Shown piece after piece: positions 17,644 to 26,650 of a stretch of 32,000 nt of DNA. The notes beneath the pieces were generated by a model. The model searched no databases. It worked only from the letters and a program-made list of their open reading frames with translations, and had not been told where the DNA came from. Origin of the DNA: Salmonella phage vB_Si_CECAV_FGS017. The stretch's first letter is position 1. Each line of letters starts with the position of its first letter. A program made the translations under genes and the position numbers. The DNA lies in sequence record PP429239.1, one strand, 5' to 3'.

Positions 17644-18157
17644 TTAACATCCAGCTAGTTTTACCATGTGAAGTATACTTACCACTCATGATGTCTTCCA
17701 GGCGTACTGGTGATTTTGCATACTCAACACAAACGTTAATATAACGAGGGTCTCCCATTAACTCAAAGTGAGTATGCCCATGTAAGTTCTTTTTACCCCT
17801 CAGCTCCTCTGGATGTACTGGGGCATGGGAAAGCCAAAAGTTTTTATATTTAACTAGTGATTGTACATTATCTACAACTCCTACTAAGTCTTTGAAAGAT
17901 AATCCCTCTCGCTCTAAGTCGTGGTTCCCCAAAACTAATGTAGTTCTAACATTGCTAAAGAGTTTTTCGAACTTCTCCAAACCATTTCTAGATACAAATG
18001 CATCTCCTAAAATATAAAATACTGTACGCTTATCTTTCATGGATGTAATAGTATCCATAATAAATTCATCATGCTCTTCCATAGTAGAGAAGATTGGTCT
18101 GAATTTAGTAATATTTGCATGTCCTAAGTGGAGATCACTCCAAAAGCAAACTTTCAT
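17636..18157 (-). CDS. calcineurin-like metallophosphoesterase
   Basis: Motifs WSDLHLGHANI, GDAFV, GNHD and HGHTHF. Confidence 0.85.
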   Translation of the reverse strand: MKVCFWSDLHLGHANITKFRPIFSTMEEHDEFIMDTITSMKDKRTVFYILGDAFVSRNGLEKFEKLFSNVRTTLVLGNHDLEREGLSFKDLVGVVDNVQSLVKYKNFWLSHAPVHPEELRGKKNLHGHTHFELMGDPRYINVCVEYAKSPVRLEDIMSGKYTSHGKTSWMLNV

Positions 18158-19020
18158 TAAAGAATCCTCTGTATGCCACAGCTATCTTCTCGAAGCGTGG
18201 TAAATGTTGTGATTTTCCCAGTTTCATCATTAACTTGCGCAACCGTCAACTGCCCATTGAAAACACCGCCAGTATCAAGATAAACACGGTTCTGGTATAA
18301 AATCGGGTAAGGTACTCCGGTATGCCCATGAAATACAAAGTCTACTCCATTAACTGGAGGTACTTCTACCATGTATTTCTCTTTAAACCCTGCATAACGC
18401 TGAAAATATGAGTGTTCTTCACCATTTTTAGATAAGTGAAAACCTATTTCTTGGATTACATCTCGATCCCATAAGTATGGCTCAACATGGTATCCAGGAT
18501 GGTCATGTGGGTCTTCCTTAGCTGCTTCTACTTGTGCAATAAGGCTATCCCATACTGGGGTTTCTACTTCGTTACCGCATTCTTTGTATGTAAAAGGTAC
18601 ACCACCATGAACAACACCATACTTTTTACCACGATGCAGTACAGTCAGAAATACTGGCATTTTTTCAGCCATGTCTTCAGCAATATTTTTAATGGTATCT
18701 GCATCTAGTTCATTCATAGCCCACATACCACCGTTATACATCCAGTTAGCCCAATCTCCTACAATCATAAATTGGTCATGATTACCACGGACACTGATAA
18801 AGCATGGGTTATACAGGAATTTGGCTAAAACTTGTAGGTTCTGCGTGCCTCGATCAATTAAATCCCCCACGCATACAACGCAGTCTTTCTTGCCGTTATA
18901 GCCAGCTAATTGTAGTGCATCTTCTAGTAAATCGTTGCATCCATGAATATCACCAACAAAGAATAAGTTAACATCATCAGGTACTACTAGTGTTTTATGC
19001 ACATTAAATTCTTTTTTCAT
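18157..19020 (-). CDS. serine/threonine protein phosphatase (PPP/lambda-PP-like)
   Basis: FVGDIHGCNDLL, VGDLIDRG, SVRGNHDQF and FHGHTG motifs. Start trimmed to MKKEFNVHK. Confidence 0.85.
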   Translation of the reverse strand: MKKEFNVHKTLVVPDDVNLFFVGDIHGCNDLLEDALQLAGYNGKKDCVVCVGDLIDRGTQNLQVLAKFLYNPCFISVRGNHDQFMIVGDWANWMYNGGMWAMNELDADTIKNIAEDMAEKMPVFLTVLHRGKKYGVVHGGVPFTYKECGNEVETPVWDSLIAQVEAAKEDPHDHPGYHVEPYLWDRDVIQEIGFHLSKNGEEHSYFQRYAGFKEKYMVEVPPVNGVDFVFHGHTGVPYPILYQNRVYLDTGGVFNGQLTVAQVNDETGKITTFTTLREDSCGIQRIL

Positions 19021-19022
19021 AA

Positions 19023-19268
19023 TTATTCCCAAATAACATTTAAAATAGTTGTACCATAATTATTTGATAGTTTTAGAGTATAACCATCTTTATAGAGGGC
19101 TTTTATAGCTTCATAACTAATTTCATCACGATTAAATTGTATAAAAGAACCCCCAGCCTCTACAGAAGCTAGAATCCGTCTTTTAACGTATCTATACGGC
19201 TTCTTTCTGCTCTTGAGAAGAGCAGCTCTATTAACTCTAGCTAAACGTTTTGCTTGCTCTGCTAACAT
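19023..19268 (-). CDS. hypothetical protein
   Basis: 81-aa ORF. Confidence 0.6.
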   Translation of the reverse strand: MLAEQAKRLARVNRAALLKSRKKPYRYVKRRILASVEAGGSFIQFNRDEISYEAIKALYKDGYTLKLSNNYGTTILNVIWE

Positions 19269-19295
19269 TTAATCCTCCTATCAATCTATATAAAT

Positions 19296-19324
19296 ATTAT
19301 ACCAAAATTTTTAGCAAAAAGCAA
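19296..19324 (-). promoter_or_regulatory. T5-type early promoter TTGCTT-N17-TATAAT
   Basis: Same consensus, followed by AGGAGG and the 19268 start. Confidence 0.75.
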
Positions 19325-19327
19325 GTA

Positions 19328-19358
19328 AAATAAAAGCCTGATCCGCTAAGATCAGGCT
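19328..19358 (-). terminator. rho-independent terminator
   Basis: Minus strand: GCCTGATC-TTAGCG-GATCAGGC-TTTTATTTT. Confidence 0.75.
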
Positions 19359-19365
19359 TGGTTTA

Positions 19366-19656
19366 TTAATCCTCTGGATTATCATCCAGGAAATTTTTAA
19401 TAGCTTCGTGCATAGTTTCTTTACGAAGCTGACGTCCAATCAAAATATGATTGGCTTCTACTCGACCATTAGGTAAGCGATCCGCTAGAACTACTACAGG
19501 AACTTGGCGTACACCAAATTTCTGCATTAATTCTGTATTATCAGTCTCTTTATGGACTTCCAAATTATATTCATTGACTACTTTATCAAATACTGGCTCA
19601 AACATTTTGCAAGGGTTGCAAGTAGAACCTTTCAATAGATATACTAATTTACTCAT
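19366..19656 (-). CDS. thioredoxin-like protein
   Basis: 96 aa with active site CNPCK and cis-Pro region RQVPVVVL. Confidence 0.85.
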   Translation of the reverse strand: MSKLVYLLKGSTCNPCKMFEPVFDKVVNEYNLEVHKETDNTELMQKFGVRQVPVVVLADRLPNGRVEANHILIGRQLRKETMHEAIKNFLDDNPED

Positions 19657-20080
19657 AGTTATTAATGGCCTCTAAGAAGTTTTTCATAGTTTTTACGGTT
19701 GCGGTGCTCAGATCAAGATTTACACCCAAACACTCAGTTAATGCTTCCTGATAAGGAGCCTTTAATCTGCCTTCTGGGACTTCTACCTTCTTATATTCTT
19801 TATTTTTGACCTTTTTAATCATAGTCTCTAGTACAAGAAGTGGTAATTTAGCACCTTCAATATCAGTACCCAAAAGTTCAGTTAAAATTTTATTAAGATC
19901 AAGACGAGTTAACTTTTTGCCCTTAGACATAGATGCACCTACCTTTGTATCAATAGATTTTTCCGCTTTCTTTTCGAGCTTTTTGTACTCAGGAGAGTCA
20001 TGATCACGGAGTGCAATGTTTAGCTCGTAATGTGGTATACGAAAATGTTCCGCCATTTGAGTATAGAAACGATCAGACAT
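19649..20080 (-). CDS. hypothetical protein
   Basis: 143-aa ORF. Confidence 0.7.
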   Translation of the reverse strand: MSDRFYTQMAEHFRIPHYELNIALRDHDSPEYKKLEKKAEKSIDTKVGASMSKGKKLTRLDLNKILTELLGTDIEGAKLPLLVLETMIKKVKNKEYKKVEVPEGRLKAPYQEALTECLGVNLDLSTATVKTMKNFLEAINNYE

Positions 20081-20113
20081 AATATATACCTCTCTTAACT
20101 AATTTATGTATAT

Positions 20114-20142
20114 ATTATATAATAACTAGGGCTAAAAGTCAA
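20114..20142 (-). promoter_or_regulatory. promoter TTGACT-N17-TATAAT
   Basis: Minus-strand match upstream of the 20080 gene start. Confidence 0.65.
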
Positions 20143-20155
20143 CTACTTTTTTATC

Positions 20156-20572
20156 TTAATCTACTGCATGTATAAATCTTTTCCTAACTAGATACATAGT
20201 TATTGGGTAAATTGAGTACATAAGTATCGGGGAGAAAAGGGTGAAATACGCTGTAACTCCCCCAGCTAACATCAAAGGTATTAATGCTAGAGTAAGGGCC
20301 ATAAGAATCATGCCGAATGAAACAGCCAAAGCTATGGATATAGGATTCTCTAGTTCCATCCATAACCAACAATATTTCGTATCTCTATGGCAATTGCATT
20401 TACAAACGCCGAATGAACCCATAATTATATACTCTAGCCCGTAAATAACCTTTATTAATACGCTATTTCGGGTAGTTAATGCAACGATAGTAAAGACTAT
20501 CATTAAAACGAATACTACCAGACTTATTTTCCAGATACCTAGCAGCATCATAGTGAATAGTTCTGCAAACAT
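20156..20572 (-). CDS. membrane protein
   Basis: 138 aa with several hydrophobic segments. Confidence 0.65.
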   Translation of the reverse strand: MFAELFTMMLLGIWKISLVVFVLMIVFTIVALTTRNSVLIKVIYGLEYIIMGSFGVCKCNCHRDTKYCWLWMELENPISIALAVSFGMILMALTLALIPLMLAGGVTAYFTLFSPILMYSIYPITMYLVRKRFIHAVD

Positions 20573-20614
20573 GGCTTTCTCCTATCTTCAAAAATTATTA
20601 AAGCCCCCTTTGCC

Positions 20615-20641
20615 TAAAAAGGCGGGAATACTCCCGCCTAA
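20615..20641 (-). terminator. rho-independent terminator downstream of the lysis genes
   Basis: GGCGGGAGTATTCCCGCC followed by TTTTT on the minus strand. Confidence 0.7.
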
Positions 20642-20649
20642 GTTATTAA

Positions 20650-21063
20650 TTAAACTAGTTCGACATGACCGCCATCATAGGCACCACGTTTTATTTCATC
20701 GTGATAGTCTCCCGAAGCATTCCAATCAGCACCAAAACGAAGTTTAATGCCTAGTTCTTTACCTGCTTGTTCAAAAGCCTTTTTAACTGCCCAAAATGCT
20801 TCTAAATCATTCCAATCAATCTTACCATTAATGTATGGAGCAAAATCAAGAGCATCCCCAGTAATATGCTTGCTTTTACTAGGATCTTTTAAAAATGAAG
20901 TACCATTAGCAATATTCTGGGCACTTTGTGCTACTGTACGAATACCCTGTACGATTGTGAAATCATACGGAGATAATTCTAAAGCCCTACGAGCTACTTT
21001 TTGTAGCTCTGGCTTAACGGTAGCTAATTGTTTTTCGCTATTTTTACCAAATTTAAAACTCAT
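20650..21063 (-). CDS. lys: endolysin, L-alanyl-D-glutamate peptidase (T5 lys-like)
   Basis: 137 aa; sequence recognisably near-identical to T5 endolysin (MSFKFGKNSEKQLATVKPELQKVARRALELSP...). Confidence 0.95.
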   Translation of the reverse strand: MSFKFGKNSEKQLATVKPELQKVARRALELSPYDFTIVQGIRTVAQSAQNIANGTSFLKDPSKSKHITGDALDFAPYINGKIDWNDLEAFWAVKKAFEQAGKELGIKLRFGADWNASGDYHDEIKRGAYDGGHVELV

Positions 21064-21716
21064 ATTGATCTACCTAAAGATCTCTGTTGTGGGGAACAGA
21101 GCTTTGCTAAATATTCCTTGAACTGTTCAGAATCAGCTGTATCTACCGGATTATCTTTCCAAGCAATACCAATATATCCAGCATAGATATTGTTTAGATT
21201 GAAATATGGACAAGTGTATATGTAATTAAAAGTAACGTTCTTAAACGCAGGTATATTTAACCCCATGTATTTATTTACTTTTACACTTAAATCCGATGCG
21301 TAGTTAAAGCCTTCCAAGTGACGTCTATATAGCTCAGACGTTTTATTTACCGCTTTATCGGCCAAGTCAGCCCTATCTAATTGCGCATTGCTTTCCCATG
21401 CAATAATGTTAGAATAATCATTAATGGCATCGGGTTTATACTTGACGACAAAAACAGCATCCGCACCCGTTTGAGAAAAGAGTACCATGCTCTTTTCTCT
21501 AGCTACATTAGGAAAGTTATCTATCCTTTGAGTTTGAACATCCTGTAGAACCGCAGACGTGGAGAAAGTCTTTAAGAATGACATCACCTCGCTAGTATTA
21601 CTAACAAATAAGAAAATAATGACAGCAACTAAGATAGTTAGCAGACGTTTAAGAAGCGATGCTGGATCTTTCGCTTCTTGGAGCAGTACCGTTAATAATT
21701 GTAAGAACTTTTCCAA
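21060..21716 (-). CDS. hol: holin, T5-type
   Basis: 218 aa, single hydrophobic segment after a basic N-terminus, coupled to lys. Confidence 0.8.
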   Translation of the reverse strand: MEKFLQLLTVLLQEAKDPASLLKRLLTILVAVIIFLFVSNTSEVMSFLKTFSTSAVLQDVQTQRIDNFPNVAREKSMVLFSQTGADAVFVVKYKPDAINDYSNIIAWESNAQLDRADLADKAVNKTSELYRRHLEGFNYASDLSVKVNKYMGLNIPAFKNVTFNYIYTCPYFNLNNIYAGYIGIAWKDNPVDTADSEQFKEYLAKLCSPQQRSLGRSI

Positions 21717-21743
21717 TTGTAACCTCCTCTAACCAGTACCATT

Positions 21744-21772
21744 ATACTAATTTTGGAGGAAAATTTCAATGG
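21744..21772 (-). promoter_or_regulatory. promoter TTGAAA-N17-TATAAT of the hol-lys operon
   Basis: Minus strand, immediately upstream of the holin start. Confidence 0.65.
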
Positions 21773-21831
21773 GTTTTTAAATGTTACACTTGGAGCACAA
21801 AATTATGTCGTTGTCAAGAAGAATTTTAGAT

Positions 21832-21862
21832 AAAAGAAAAGCCAGGGTCGTTAAACCCTGGC
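21832..21862 (-). terminator. rho-independent terminator
   Basis: Minus strand: GCCAGGG-TTTAACGA-CCCTGGC-TTTTCTTTT. Confidence 0.8.
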
Positions 21863-21872
21863 TTAAAACTAC

Positions 21873-22472
21873 TTACTCTTCGTTGTGCCCCTCGGATTGG
21901 GGTAACTGGGCTTTATTATATTGCTCAGATCGATATTTTGCCAAGATTTCAATACGCTTATGGATTTCTTTGCTATCTAGATAGATATTTTTGTTGTCTT
22001 TTACCATCTCGTCGATTTCGTCTATTGAGAAGAACGGATAGTAGACGTCTAGCATCATATCTTCTACGAACTTGTTGTAAGATTCATAGGCTTTCTTGAT
22101 TTCTTGACCTTTCTCACAGAATCCGCCAGAGAACGTGTGTCCCATTAACGTAGCATGTGGATGTACTACCCATCCGTGACAGGATAGGAAAATTGTGCAG
22201 TAAGCAGAAGCACTAGGACCAATCAGATGCCCTATAACTGTTCCACGGCAATTAGCAATTAAGTTAGATAGCTGTGCAGCAGTATCAACATAACCACCTG
22301 GGCCATTAATCATCAGATTAATTTCGTCGTCCTCATTTGCCTGCATAAGTACCATTGATAAATCACGGTATTCATCCGGCGGGCCTAATTCTTCATCAAA
22401 GAAAAAGGTATACTCATTAGATTGGCGAATGGAGTGAAACAGGTTAGTCTTTTCTTCTTTTTTATTAGTCAT
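21873..22472 (-). CDS. ClpP-like serine protease
   Basis: ClpP-family signatures INGPGGYVDTA, GPSASAYCTIFLSC and PHATLMGHTFSG. Confidence 0.85.
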   Translation of the reverse strand: MTNKKEEKTNLFHSIRQSNEYTFFFDEELGPPDEYRDLSMVLMQANEDDEINLMINGPGGYVDTAAQLSNLIANCRGTVIGHLIGPSASAYCTIFLSCHGWVVHPHATLMGHTFSGGFCEKGQEIKKAYESYNKFVEDMMLDVYYPFFSIDEIDEMVKDNKNIYLDSKEIHKRIEILAKYRSEQYNKAQLPQSEGHNEE

Positions 22473-22484
22473 AGCGATCCTTGA

Positions 22485-23237
22485 TTATCCAACTAGTGGT
22501 TCTAGCTCTAAGTCACAGAAGTTATAAACTTCTAGTTTAAGGTTATTGATACCATCGAATTTATTAACTAATTCGTGAGTAATATATTTTGCAGGAATAC
22601 CACTTTCAGATGGATGATCTGATTTAATAGTGAACTTCTGCTCAGCGGGTACTACATTTACTATCAAAGAATCCATATCTAAATGGTTTGTTTCTCTGAG
22701 TAACTCTCCTTCGTTGGGGAATCTAACATCTGTTATTACGGCGACATCTGGGTCGTCTTTAGCGATGGATTGCTCCAGAATTATGAGCCAAATGCGTTCA
22801 TGCACCAGCTGCCTTCCTAGCTCTGTCCCTACGAGCTGTAACATTTTTCTCGGAGAAATAAATAAACTATAAAGTCCGTCTTCTTTATTCTCTGAGATAA
22901 GTTGTTGAGGATTAAGATATTTTTCCTCAAAAATAGGCCAAACGTACGAGAAGTCTTCAAACTTATCGATACCGTACTTAAACCACACATCTCTGGCTCG
23001 CTCCAGTTGAGATTGTGTGACCGTAAACCATTGGTCAATCTCTTTTCCCCTGCGCTCTCCTAGAAACTCTGGAGTTACACCGAGGATTACGGATGCAAGT
23101 TCATAAACGGGCTTAGCAAAACTATAACGACGGGATAAACACGTTGGATACGTGTCATTACACCAATCGATAATTAATTTTGCAACGGTATCTTTTCCCG
23201 AACCAGCTTCACCATGTAAACCGACTAATACTGACAT
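22485..23237 (-). CDS. dnk: deoxynucleoside monophosphate kinase
   Basis: P-loop GLHGEAGSGKDTVA. Size and position match T5 dnk. Confidence 0.8.
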   Translation of the reverse strand: MSVLVGLHGEAGSGKDTVAKLIIDWCNDTYPTCLSRRYSFAKPVYELASVILGVTPEFLGERRGKEIDQWFTVTQSQLERARDVWFKYGIDKFEDFSYVWPIFEEKYLNPQQLISENKEDGLYSLFISPRKMLQLVGTELGRQLVHERIWLIILEQSIAKDDPDVAVITDVRFPNEGELLRETNHLDMDSLIVNVVPAEQKFTIKSDHPSESGIPAKYITHELVNKFDGINNLKLEVYNFCDLELEPLVG

Positions 23238-23590
23238 TAATCTTTCCTATTGTTAATTGGTGGATAGTAAACTAAGCAACGTTTTTCTTGTAAATCTTGG
23301 CGATAGAAGCAAACCATACCAGTCAGTCGTGAAATGTAAGAGTAAACTGCTTCCTCACATTTTGCTTTTGCATTCCAATCTTTATATGGTACAACAACTA
23401 CTACGCCATCTTCTCCATTTGTAGCTAATTTCTTTTCAAACTTAAAGTCAAAGCTACAAGGTTGAAGTCCTTTAGGCCAGTCTACATGAGCTTGCTTTAA
23501 CTCATGGGATGGCTCTGGTTTTATTTCTTCTGCACAGCCTGTGATTGTGATTGCGGCTGCGAGCAGTATTCCAAGTTTCCAGTTAAACAC
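23237..23590 (-). CDS. o-spanin-like lipoprotein (Rz1-like)
   Basis: Signal peptide with lipobox ITGC. Start lies inside the upstream Rz-like gene. Confidence 0.6.
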   Translation of the reverse strand: MFNWKLGILLAAAITITGCAEEIKPEPSHELKQAHVDWPKGLQPCSFDFKFEKKLATNGEDGVVVVVPYKDWNAKAKCEEAVYSYISRLTGMVCFYRQDLQEKRCLVYYPPINNRKD

Positions 23591-23970
23591 GCTAATCTTT
23601 CCTCGAACTCTTTACTCTGCTTTTTAGCAATTAATGTTACCAATCCAGGCTTTGCAGCTATAATATCTTGGCGACTAAGAGCTTTATCTAACTGCTTAAT
23701 CTTTTTGTCTAGATCTGCTTGCGAAATATTATTCATTGTGAAATACTGATTCATTCTAGTCTCACGAAGTTCACTTTCAGCTTTCACCTTATTAAGGGAA
23801 GTCTCTAGAGAAGAAATCTTTTTAGTAGCTACCGCAAGATCTCCCGCTAAAGTCTCCACTTTATCTACTAAGTGATAAGCACCGAATCCGATGCCTATTG
23901 CTAGACCTGCTCCCAGGATATACCACTTACCGTGCCATATTCCTGAAAGAAGTTTTTGTATCAAATCCAT
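23521..23970 (-). CDS. i-spanin-like protein (Rz-like)
   Basis: 149 aa with an N-terminal membrane helix and long coiled-coil-like region. Overlaps the lipoprotein gene out of frame. Confidence 0.6.
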   Translation of the reverse strand: MDLIQKLLSGIWHGKWYILGAGLAIGIGFGAYHLVDKVETLAGDLAVATKKISSLETSLNKVKAESELRETRMNQYFTMNNISQADLDKKIKQLDKALSRQDIIAAKPGLVTLIAKKQSKEFEERLACLTGNLEYCSQPQSQSQAVQKK

Positions 23971-24625
23971 GCGCTGCTAACCTGTCTTTATCTGATACTT
24001 TAATCATATCAGGCTCACCAGTTCCTAGTACACCGAAGATATACTGTTCGAGAACTTGGTGTAAACGGTATAAGTTACTTTCAATTTCCTGCCACGGAAT
24101 ACCGGACTGATGGAAACGAATGTTAGTCTGAATTACGAAGTTACGAACATCATCGTTATCGTTCTTCTTAATACCTTTCACATATGCAATTGGTACACGC
24201 AGTTCGGATAAGATGCGTTCTGCTTTAGGTTTTGCTTCAGCGAGCAAATCACGCATTGTTTCACGAACATCTCCGCGACTCTTATCCATTAAGTAAGAGC
24301 GAGCATGTAATCCCATCTCTTCCATTTTATCGAACATAGAGTCGAGGTTGAACGTTTTGAAGCTAAATGCTGGATGCCAGCAGTATAGCTCGTGTAACCA
24401 GTAAACTTCACCTGCAACAAATAGTGGGTTTACAAAATATTCGAAATCACCACGGAAAGATAGCGAACCATCACGAAATACCTGGCGATTATGCACGATG
24501 TTCTTTTCTGCATCATCAGTTACTTTAACTAGTAGCTCTTCAGTTTTACGCTCCCAAACACGATCTGGGTCGAACAAACTGTTCTGCAAATCATACACAT
24601 CGGCGAACTTAGAAATAATCCTCAT
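23927..24625 (-). CDS. hypothetical protein
   Basis: 232-aa ORF. Confidence 0.75.
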   Translation of the reverse strand: MRIISKFADVYDLQNSLFDPDRVWERKTEELLVKVTDDAEKNIVHNRQVFRDGSLSFRGDFEYFVNPLFVAGEVYWLHELYCWHPAFSFKTFNLDSMFDKMEEMGLHARSYLMDKSRGDVRETMRDLLAEAKPKAERILSELRVPIAYVKGIKKNDNDDVRNFVIQTNIRFHQSGIPWQEIESNLYRLHQVLEQYIFGVLGTGEPDMIKVSDKDRLAAHGFDTKTSFRNMAR

Positions 24626-24656
24626 ATTTAATCCTCTTGCCTCAATCTATAAACAT

Positions 24657-24685
24657 ATTATACAAAAGTTTGGGCATCTAAGCAA
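24657..24685 (-). promoter_or_regulatory. T5-type early promoter TTGCTT-N17-TATAAT
   Basis: Same consensus and leader (TTTATAGATTGAGG). Confidence 0.75.
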
Positions 24686-24740
24686 CTAAGGACATCTTAA
24701 CATTCCTGCGTAGTGAGAATGTTAAGATGTCCTTAGTTGC
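24682..24740. repeat. 24-bp perfect inverted repeat with 11-nt loop
   Basis: GCAACTAAGGACATCTTAACATTC (24682-24705) versus GAATGTTAAGATGTCCTTAGTTGC (24717-24740). Confidence 0.95.
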
Positions 24741-25176
24741 TGGAATCTGCACCGTGCTGTTGATGTTTAGCTTTTTCACGTTCTTCTCTCCTACGTTTGC
24801 ATTCTTTCATCATATGAGCTGCTACAACTTCATGATAGTAGTCATTAATATTATCTTCTGGCAAGAAATGTTTAATAGTCTCTAACTGACAAATAACTCG
24901 ATGAAGATGGTTATTTGGTAGACACAATTTTATACCTGCAACAAATCCAGAGAAGCCTGGAACACTGAACATGGGTTGGGCTTCTACTCTACCTTCAGAG
25001 TTGATATTAAGATCAATTGAGATACCCATTTTCATGCTATAAAGCTGGCAATATTCTCCATTACCAGACCTTGACCAAACAGTGAAATCCTCATCAATTT
25101 GATCTTGGATTTCTGTAATTGCAAATTTAATTCTAGGGTCTAAATTATTCATCTTCACCTTCAAAGTCGCAATCAT
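24733..25176 (-). CDS. hypothetical protein
   Basis: 147-aa ORF. Confidence 0.7.
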   Translation of the reverse strand: MIATLKVKMNNLDPRIKFAITEIQDQIDEDFTVWSRSGNGEYCQLYSMKMGISIDLNINSEGRVEAQPMFSVPGFSGFVAGIKLCLPNNHLHRVICQLETIKHFLPEDNINDYYHEVVAAHMMKECKRRREEREKAKHQQHGADSSN

Positions 25177-25450
25177 AACGACAAGTAAAAGAATCAGAAC
25201 TATTAGTACGTTGAGTGGTTATTTCACCACGTTTACTAACAGTAACGGCCGGAGTAGAGAAGTTTTTGTTAGTATATATTTCTACTTTGCCATTACGTTC
25301 CTTAACATCACGAACTTTACCATACTCGGTAATAATGCCGTTCTGTTGTACTTTAACATTACCATTTTTCATAAAAACTTTGGTAGATGCTAGAGAACCG
25401 AAACTAACTGCGGAGATCATCAGTGTAATAATAAACTTATTCATCTTCAT
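25145..25450 (-). CDS. secreted or periplasmic small protein
   Basis: Start trimmed to MKMNKFIITLMISAVSFGSLA (signal peptide-like). Confidence 0.6.
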   Translation of the reverse strand: MKMNKFIITLMISAVSFGSLASTKVFMKNGNVKVQQNGIITEYGKVRDVKERNGKVEIYTNKNFSTPAVTVSKRGEITTQRTNSSDSFTCRYDCDFEGEDE

Positions 25451-25718
25451 CCTCCCCACTACAATCACGACATACATCATAATCGTTGAAAGAACGTTCG
25501 TGAGCTTCACACCACCAAGAACAAGAATCGCAGAGAAACATTTCGGTTTTCTCCAGTGCTTGGCCTAAAAGATCATCAGCTTCCTCAGCAGTAATCTTCA
25601 ATCCGCACACATCTGCCACACGTTCTTTAATTAAACGACCTGCTTCGTGGTAAGACATACAGGTTCCCGCAACATCATGTTCAAGAACATGAACAGCACA
25701 GTCTAGACGAGTTTTCAT
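25437..25718 (-). CDS. hypothetical Cys-rich protein
   Basis: 93 aa, C-terminal FLCDSCSWWCEAHERS...VCRDC. Confidence 0.65.
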   Translation of the reverse strand: MKTRLDCAVHVLEHDVAGTCMSYHEAGRLIKERVADVCGLKITAEEADDLLGQALEKTEMFLCDSCSWWCEAHERSFNDYDVCRDCSGEDEDE

Positions 25719-25748
25719 TTCAAACCTCTCTCATCAATTTATAAACAT

Positions 25749-25777
25749 ATTATAGCAAGAAAAGAGAGGTTTAGCAA
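25749..25777 (-). promoter_or_regulatory. T5-type early promoter TTGCTA-N17-TATAAT
   Basis: Same consensus and leader (TTTATAAATTGATGAGAGG). Confidence 0.75.
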
Positions 25778-25794
25778 ATGAATTATTTCAGAAT

Positions 25795-26142
25795 TTAGTC
25801 ATAGCACCACCATAATCCACGCTTACGCATGTCATGATCGCGATTATAGTCATAATTTTCTGGATCTTTCATCACGCGGTGGAGTTCTTGACGATTCCCT
25901 TGACGAACCATTTTATTAGAATGCCACTTAACATTCTTACTAATAGAATTCCAGTTATAACCATCCTTTTTCTCATTACGAATGGTTGCTTCCTTCATTT
26001 CCTGTTCTACAGCATCCCAGGATTTAGCATAAATAACACGAATCCAGTAGCCATTTTCTTTGAGGAAAGAATATTCTTGAGAGAATTGCTCTTTAGACTT
26101 CCACCACTGATCACCAGATTGTCTACGATAAGTACGGCTCAT
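25795..26142 (-). CDS. hypothetical protein
   Basis: 115-aa ORF. Confidence 0.65.
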   Translation of the reverse strand: MSRTYRRQSGDQWWKSKEQFSQEYSFLKENGYWIRVIYAKSWDAVEQEMKEATIRNEKKDGYNWNSISKNVKWHSNKMVRQGNRQELHRVMKDPENYDYNRDHDMRKRGLWWCYD

Positions 26143-26218
26143 ATTACCTCCATTAAGTCTTTTAAATTAACCTAATGTGGATGAATTTTATTATACATAA
26201 ACTATTTTCCTGTATACA

Positions 26219-26254
26219 GAAAAACCCCAGACTACTTATTCAATAGCTGGGGTT
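26219..26254 (-). terminator. rho-independent terminator
   Basis: AAACCCCAGC...GTCTGGGGTTTTTCT on the minus strand. Confidence 0.65.
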
Positions 26255-26263
26255 TGTTATTAA

Positions 26264-26569
26264 TTACAGATCGGGGCGTTCATCTTCGAACGCTACGAAG
26301 CCATCAAATTCATCATTTGAAATACCACCAGTATAGGGGATGTCCGCAATCATCGCTTCCATTTTCCTGATCTCCGAGGTTTTCATACCTGCTTTACTAT
26401 TCTTATAATATTTGCGGGGATTCCCGCACATCCAACAAGAACAGATGCAAGGAGTAGTAGTGATAATACCTAACCGCTTAGGGCTTTCTTCATGTGGGAA
26501 GACTGTCCAATACTTTTTGCGATTGTTCTTCACACGTTGCCGGTGATGGCGTCTCAATGCTCGATCCAC
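26264..26569 (-). CDS. hypothetical protein with Cys pairs
   Basis: 101 aa with CICSCWMCGNPRKY. Confidence 0.65.
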   Translation of the reverse strand: MDRALRRHHRQRVKNNRKKYWTVFPHEESPKRLGIITTTPCICSCWMCGNPRKYYKNSKAGMKTSEIRKMEAMIADIPYTGGISNDEFDGFVAFEDERPDL

Positions 26570-26650
26570 ACATTTCTCCTAAAACTTGGGAGATAAATGG
26601 AGTTTGCTCGACTACCTTGCGTAGCTGGGAGAAATCGTATCCAAACCCCA

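Noticed and set aside
20747-21121. 124-aa plus-strand ORF
   Set aside because: Antisense to the well-recognised endolysin gene; shadow ORF.
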